Sequence record: SRR2962707_3286
DNA length: 41,433 nucleotides
Strand: one strand, 5' to 3'
The notes below the pieces were generated by a model. The model did not search any database and was not told the origin of the DNA. It saw only the letters and a program-made list of their open reading frames with translations. Shown piece after piece: positions 37,262-41,433 of this stretch. How positions within the stretch are numbered: the first letter of the stretch is position 1; every line of letters starts with the position of its first letter. A program made the position numbers and the translations under genes.

Positions 37262-38719
37262 ATGTTCCTAGGAATCGATATCGGCACATCCGGCGTCAAG
37301 GTCAGCCTGACGAATGCGGATCTGACGCCTCTCGCCTCGGCCACTGTGTCGCTCGCTATCTCGCATCCCCATAGCGGTCACAGCGAACAGAACCCTGCCG
37401 ACTGGTGGATCGCCGTACAGCAGGCAATTGCCAGCGTCCTTGCCGCACAGCCCGATGCCGCTGTTTCCCTGCGGGGTATCGGCCTGTCGGGGCAGATGCA
37501 CGGGGCAGTGCTACTTGATGCGCAGCGGCAGGTCATCCGACCGGCGATCTTGTGGAACGATGGACGCAGCGATGCGGAATGTCAGGCCCTGATGCGCGAC
37601 GCACCGCATCTGGCGGCAATTGCGGGTGTGAACCCCATGTCCGGTTTCACCGCGCCCAAGATCCTGTGGCTCCGCACCCACGAGCCGGAAAACCATGCCC
37701 ACATCCGCCACGTGCTCTTGCCGAAGGATTACATCGGCCTGCAACTGCACGGAAATTGTGTCACCGACCCCTGCGATGCCGCGGGAACGTGGTGGTTCGA
37801 TCAGGCCGCGCGGCGCTGGTCGACAGATCTTTGCGCGGCAACGGCGACCGATCCCGATTGGCTGCCAAAGGTATGCGAAGGCATCGAAGTGGCCGGACAC
37901 CTGACCGCGCAGACCGCCGCCCTGCTGGGTCTGCCCGCCGGTATTCCCGTCGCGGCCGGCGGCGGCGACGCCGCCGCCGGGGCAATCGCCGTGGGCGCGG
38001 TCACAAATGGGTCGGCGTTCATATCGCTCGGGACTTCGGGACAGTTGTTCGTCACCACCGACACATTTCGCGCAGCCCCAGAAAGGGGCATCCATTCCTA
38101 CGCCCATTGCCTGCCGGGTCTGTGGTTTCAGATGGCCGCCATGCTGAATGGCGCGCGCCCGCTTAGTTGGTTTTCCGAAGTGACTGGTGTCCCCGTCGCC
38201 GATCTGCTGCAAGAGGCCGAAACCGCACTGCCAGCCCGGGTGCCCCTGTTTCTGCCTTACCTCACAGGGGAACGCACACCCCATGCCGACGCACGTATCC
38301 GGGGCGCGTTCTACGGTCTGGGCGATGCCACCGGCAGGGCCGAAATGGCCCGGGCCATCGTCGATGCCATCGCCTATAGCTTTGCTGATGCGCGTGACGC
38401 GATACAGTCTGTGACGCTGGTCCCGCCCGCACTGCTGGCCATCGGCGGCGGCAGCAAGAGCGACCTGCTGTTACAGACCATTGCCGATGTGACGGGCCTA
38501 ACATTGCACCGGGGCGAAGATTCCCCCGCCGGCCCGGCCCTTGGCGCGGCCCGTCTGGCAGCGATTGCAGCGGGGGCGTCCACGGTCAACGACATCGCAA
38601 TGGCACCGGAAATCACTGCAGCATTCGCACCCGTGAACACAGCGCGCCACATCGAACGGCTCGCTACGTACCGCGCGCTTTATACCGCACTGAAGCAGGT
38701 CCGGGACCTGCCATGCTAG
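37262..38719 (+). CDS. xylB: Xylulokinase (FGGY kinase)
   Basis: MFLGIDIGTSG, SGQMHG, ILWNDGR, GFTAPK, LGTSG, PYLTGERTPH. Start placed at ATG 37262. Confidence 0.9.
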   Translation: MFLGIDIGTSGVKVSLTNADLTPLASATVSLAISHPHSGHSEQNPADWWIAVQQAIASVLAAQPDAAVSLRGIGLSGQMHGAVLLDAQRQVIRPAILWNDGRSDAECQALMRDAPHLAAIAGVNPMSGFTAPKILWLRTHEPENHAHIRHVLLPKDYIGLQLHGNCVTDPCDAAGTWWFDQAARRWSTDLCAATATDPDWLPKVCEGIEVAGHLTAQTAALLGLPAGIPVAAGGGDAAAGAIAVGAVTNGSAFISLGTSGQLFVTTDTFRAAPERGIHSYAHCLPGLWFQMAAMLNGARPLSWFSEVTGVPVADLLQEAETALPARVPLFLPYLTGERTPHADARIRGAFYGLGDATGRAEMARAIVDAIAYSFADARDAIQSVTLVPPALLAIGGGSKSDLLLQTIADVTGLTLHRGEDSPAGPALGAARLAAIAAGASTVNDIAMAPEITAAFAPVNTARHIERLATYRALYTALKQVRDLPC

Positions 38720-38770
38720 GCTAGGCTTGGCAGGCCACCGAGTGGCTAAGGGCGTTGATTTCGCCCGTTT

Positions 38771-40246
38771 CTACCCAGCCTGATCCACATAGGCCTTTAG
38801 CGTCGCTTCGACGCCATCAGACCACAGACGATCCAACCAAACTGCAAATGCAGACTGAAAGGCGTCGGATTCCGACAGCGCGCCAAACACCGCCTCATTG
38901 GTCAGAAACGCCGATGGCGTTTCCTTGGACGCCAAGGCAAGCCGCGTCAGCATTTCGGCATTGTCGTCATTTACCAGCAACGGCTGACCGGCATCGTCGG
39001 TGCCCGCGCAGTAGCGACACCAAAGCGCGACCTCAAGCGCGAGACCCTGAAAAGCGGTATTCTCGGCCAGAGCTTCGCCCAGGATCGGCAGTACGAATTT
39101 GGGCTGGCGGTTCGATCCGTCAAAGCAAAGCCGCTGGACTGTATCGCCAATTTCCGGGTTCGAAAACCGCTCCAGAATCTTGTCGAAATAGGCATCGAAA
39201 CTGACCCCCGGGATCGATTCGAGCGATGGCATGAACTCCCGCGTTTCAATCGCCGTCAGCCAGGCACGAATGCGCGGGTCGGCCATGCCGTCATGGACAA
39301 AGTGATGCCCTAGAAGCGCCGAAGGATAGGCGATCGCCGCGTGTCCCCCGTTGAGGATGCGCAGTTTCATCAACTCATAAGGTGCGACATTGGCGACGAA
39401 CTCCGCCCCGACGGTTTCCAGTGCAGGACGGCCCTGCGGGAACGTATCCTCTAGCACCCACTGCCGGAACGGCTCGCAGACAACAGGCGAAGCGTCGACA
39501 ATACCGAACTTGTCCGTGACCATGGCGCGTTCACGATCAGACGTCGCCGGCGTGATGCAATCGACCATGGAATTCGGAAAGGCGATGGTCGCGTCTATCC
39601 AATCAGCCAAGGCCGGATCGGACAAGCGCGCCAGCCCGGTGACGGTCTGTTTCGCCACATGGCCGTTTTCAGGCAGGTTGTCGCAGGACAGCACGGTAAA
39701 GGGCTCCAGCCCCGCGTCCCGGCGCAGGCGCAGCGCTTTGAGGATCATACCAAAGACCGTATTGGGGGCGTCAGGGGACGCGGCATCGGCCACCATGTCG
39801 GCATGTTCGGCGTCAAATCCACCGGTGCGGGCGTTCACATAATAACCGCCCTCGGTGATGGTAAGCGAGACGATGCGAATGTCCGCCTCGGCCATGCGGG
39901 CGATGGTCTTGCCTGAATCGACCTCGACAAAGTCGATCATCGCGCCGGTGACGCGGGCGGACAGGCCTGCGGGATCAAGTTCCACAACCGTGGTCAGCCA
40001 GTCCTGTGCCGCCAACCGGTCGCGCATTGCGGCATCGCCGGTGCGCACGCCGGCACCAACCAGCGCCCAGTCGTGCCCCGCGCCCGTGCCAAAAAGGCGG
40101 TCCAGGTAGACAGCCATATGGGCACGGTGAAAGTTACCCACACCGACATGCAGGATACCGGCGGTCAGCGCGTTCCGGTCATAGACCGGGGCAGCAACGC
40201 CCATAGGCAGGTTATTCAGGGCAGAATTATCAAGGTGCAGTGCCAT
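38771..40246 (-). CDS. mtlK: Mannitol 2-dehydrogenase (long-chain polyol dehydrogenase family)
   Basis: HVGVGNFHRAH, SLTITEGGY, SCDNLPENG, FPNSMVDCITP, KLRILNGGH; follows smoS. Confidence 0.93.
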   Translation of the reverse strand: MALHLDNSALNNLPMGVAAPVYDRNALTAGILHVGVGNFHRAHMAVYLDRLFGTGAGHDWALVGAGVRTGDAAMRDRLAAQDWLTTVVELDPAGLSARVTGAMIDFVEVDSGKTIARMAEADIRIVSLTITEGGYYVNARTGGFDAEHADMVADAASPDAPNTVFGMILKALRLRRDAGLEPFTVLSCDNLPENGHVAKQTVTGLARLSDPALADWIDATIAFPNSMVDCITPATSDRERAMVTDKFGIVDASPVVCEPFRQWVLEDTFPQGRPALETVGAEFVANVAPYELMKLRILNGGHAAIAYPSALLGHHFVHDGMADPRIRAWLTAIETREFMPSLESIPGVSFDAYFDKILERFSNPEIGDTVQRLCFDGSNRQPKFVLPILGEALAENTAFQGLALEVALWCRYCAGTDDAGQPLLVNDDNAEMLTRLALASKETPSAFLTNEAVFGALSESDAFQSAFAVWLDRLWSDGVEATLKAYVDQAG

Positions 40247-41013
40247 CAGTTCATCCAGTTTCCGCCATCGACGTTAAAGCATTGGGCCACGATGTAGTCG
40301 GCCTCGGGCGTGGCAAGAAAGATCGCCATACCAGTCAGATCGTCCGCCGTGCCCATGCGGCCATAGGGCACCGCGGCTCCGACCTGCTGCTTTTTTTCGC
40401 CGGGTTTCAGGTTTTCATATTTCGCAAAAAGTGCATCAACGCCGTCCCAGTGTTCACCATCGACCACACCGGGTGCGATGGCATTGACGTTGATCCCGTG
40501 TTTGATCAGATCCAGACCCGCAGATTGTGTCAGACTAATCACCGCCGCCTTCGACGCGCAGTAGACTGCGACCAGCGCTTCGCCCCGTCGCCCCGCCTGA
40601 GACGCCATATTGATGATCTTGCCGCCCTGCCCACGTTCCACCATCGACTTTGCCACCCCCTGCATCATGAACAGCGTACCGGCAACGTTGATGCCAAAGA
40701 CGCGGTCGTAATCCGTGCGGGCAATCTCGTCGATGGGCGACGCGGTAAAGATGGCGGCGTTGTTGATCAGGATGTCGATGCCACCCAATTTCGACGTGGC
40801 CTCGGCCACGCAAGCATCAATGCTGGCCTGATCCGACACATCTACATAGATTGCCTCGGTTCCGATCTCCTGTGCGGTCTGTTGCGCCGCCTCAGGATTG
40901 ATATCCGCAATCGCCACACGGGCACCTTCGCGAAGGTAGGCTTGCGCAAAGGTCCTCCCGATACCGCGGGCGGCGCCAGTGATCAGTGCCGTCTTTCCGG
41001 CCAGGCGTTTCAT
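40246..41013 (-). CDS. smoS: Sorbitol (L-iditol) 2-dehydrogenase, SDR family
   Basis: [46 protein letters not shown]. Confidence 0.93.
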   Translation of the reverse strand: MKRLAGKTALITGAARGIGRTFAQAYLREGARVAIADINPEAAQQTAQEIGTEAIYVDVSDQASIDACVAEATSKLGGIDILINNAAIFTASPIDEIARTDYDRVFGINVAGTLFMMQGVAKSMVERGQGGKIINMASQAGRRGEALVAVYCASKAAVISLTQSAGLDLIKHGINVNAIAPGVVDGEHWDGVDALFAKYENLKPGEKKQQVGAAVPYGRMGTADDLTGMAIFLATPEADYIVAQCFNVDGGNWMN

Positions 41014-41433
41014 GCAAGCCGCAGACCTGAATCGTCGAAACGATGCAGTTTTTCCATGTCCGGGTTAAGGTACACGGTATCGCCCGATTTCAATTCGACC
41101 TCGCCGCTGACACGAACGGTGATGTCATCGGTCAGCCCGGTGTCGTGGACGTAAAAGAACGTGTCAGACCCAAGGTGTTCTGACACCCCGACGCGACCCT
41201 TCCACATACCCTCGGTCGAGGACACCCCGATATGTTCGGGGCGGATGCCGATTGTCTTGCAGCCGTGTTTGGACGCTTCAGCGCCTTCGATCAGGTTCAT
41301 CTTGGGCGATCCGATGAATCCCGCGACAAAGACGTTGCTCGGCGTGCGGTAGAGTTCCAGCGGCGAGCCGACCTGTTCGATGAATCCCGCACGCAGCACC
41401 ACGATCTTGTCGGCCATAGTCATGGCTTCGACC
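41010..41433 (-). CDS. smoK: Polyol ABC transporter ATP-binding protein, C-terminal part (5' end outside the window)
   Basis: [38 protein letters not shown] (MalK family); frame is open to the window edge; ATGA overlap with smoS. Confidence 0.9.
   Translation of the reverse strand, partial: VEAMTMADKIVVLRAGFIEQVGSPLELYRTPSNVFVAGFIGSPKMNLIEGAEASKHGCKTIGIRPEHIGVSSTEGMWKGRVGVSEHLGSDTFFYVHDTGLTDDITVRVSGEVELKSGDTVYLNPDMEKLHRFDDSGLRLA

Noticed and set aside
38720..38770. Short hairpins between converging xylB and mtlK as a bidirectional terminator
   Set aside because: Stems are only 5 bp and lack clear U tracts.
1893..40813. Other long alternative-frame ORFs (for example 1893..2795, 3463..4299, 18377..19216, 25297..26310, 34591..35394, 37511..38284)
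   Set aside because: All overlap well-supported genes; expected shadows in GC-rich DNA.
1..41433. CRISPR arrays, IS elements, integrases, prophage genes, defence systems
   Set aside because: No regularly spaced repeats, terminal inverted repeats, or transposase, recombinase or phage motifs seen by eye.

Overview
GC-rich alphaproteobacterial chromosome segment; gene content and order point to Rhodobacterales (Roseobacter-like), which is an inference. Four blocks. (1) 1-13.9 kb, conserved core: 5' end of topA, dprA, tldD, the aa3 oxidase operon ctaC-ctaB-(57 aa ORF)-ctaG-ctaE, surf1-thrC-M16 peptidase-rimJ, an MBL-fold protein, an FAD oxidoreductase and a CAU-anticodon tRNA. (2) 14.1-31.3 kb, accessory catabolic block after the tRNA: a lipoprotein, then an abm-like aerobic anthraniloyl-CoA/salicylyl-CoA operon on the minus strand (monooxygenase/reductase, SDR, MarR, crotonase, acyl-CoA dehydrogenase, internally deleted tryptophan 2,3-dioxygenase, cupin, CoA ligase, thioesterase, Rid protein). 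Divergent from it are a formamidase-like hydrolase, a HAAT ABC importer, a second cupin and a PhzS-like flavin monooxygenase. (3) 31.6-37.1 kb: an outer-membrane factor with no adaptor gene, followed by an AttEFGH-like ABC/lipocalin module. (4) 37.3-41.4 kb: xylulokinase converging on the end of a polyol (smo/mtl) operon. Best leads: a possible undescribed monooxygenase + cupin + formamidase funnel into anthraniloyl-CoA, the decayed tryptophan entry route (in-frame TDO deletion, no kynU in the window), and mirror-image divergent promoters sharing a candidate MarR operator. No integrase, IS element or CRISPR array was seen. All calls come from reading motifs by eye; no searches were run.
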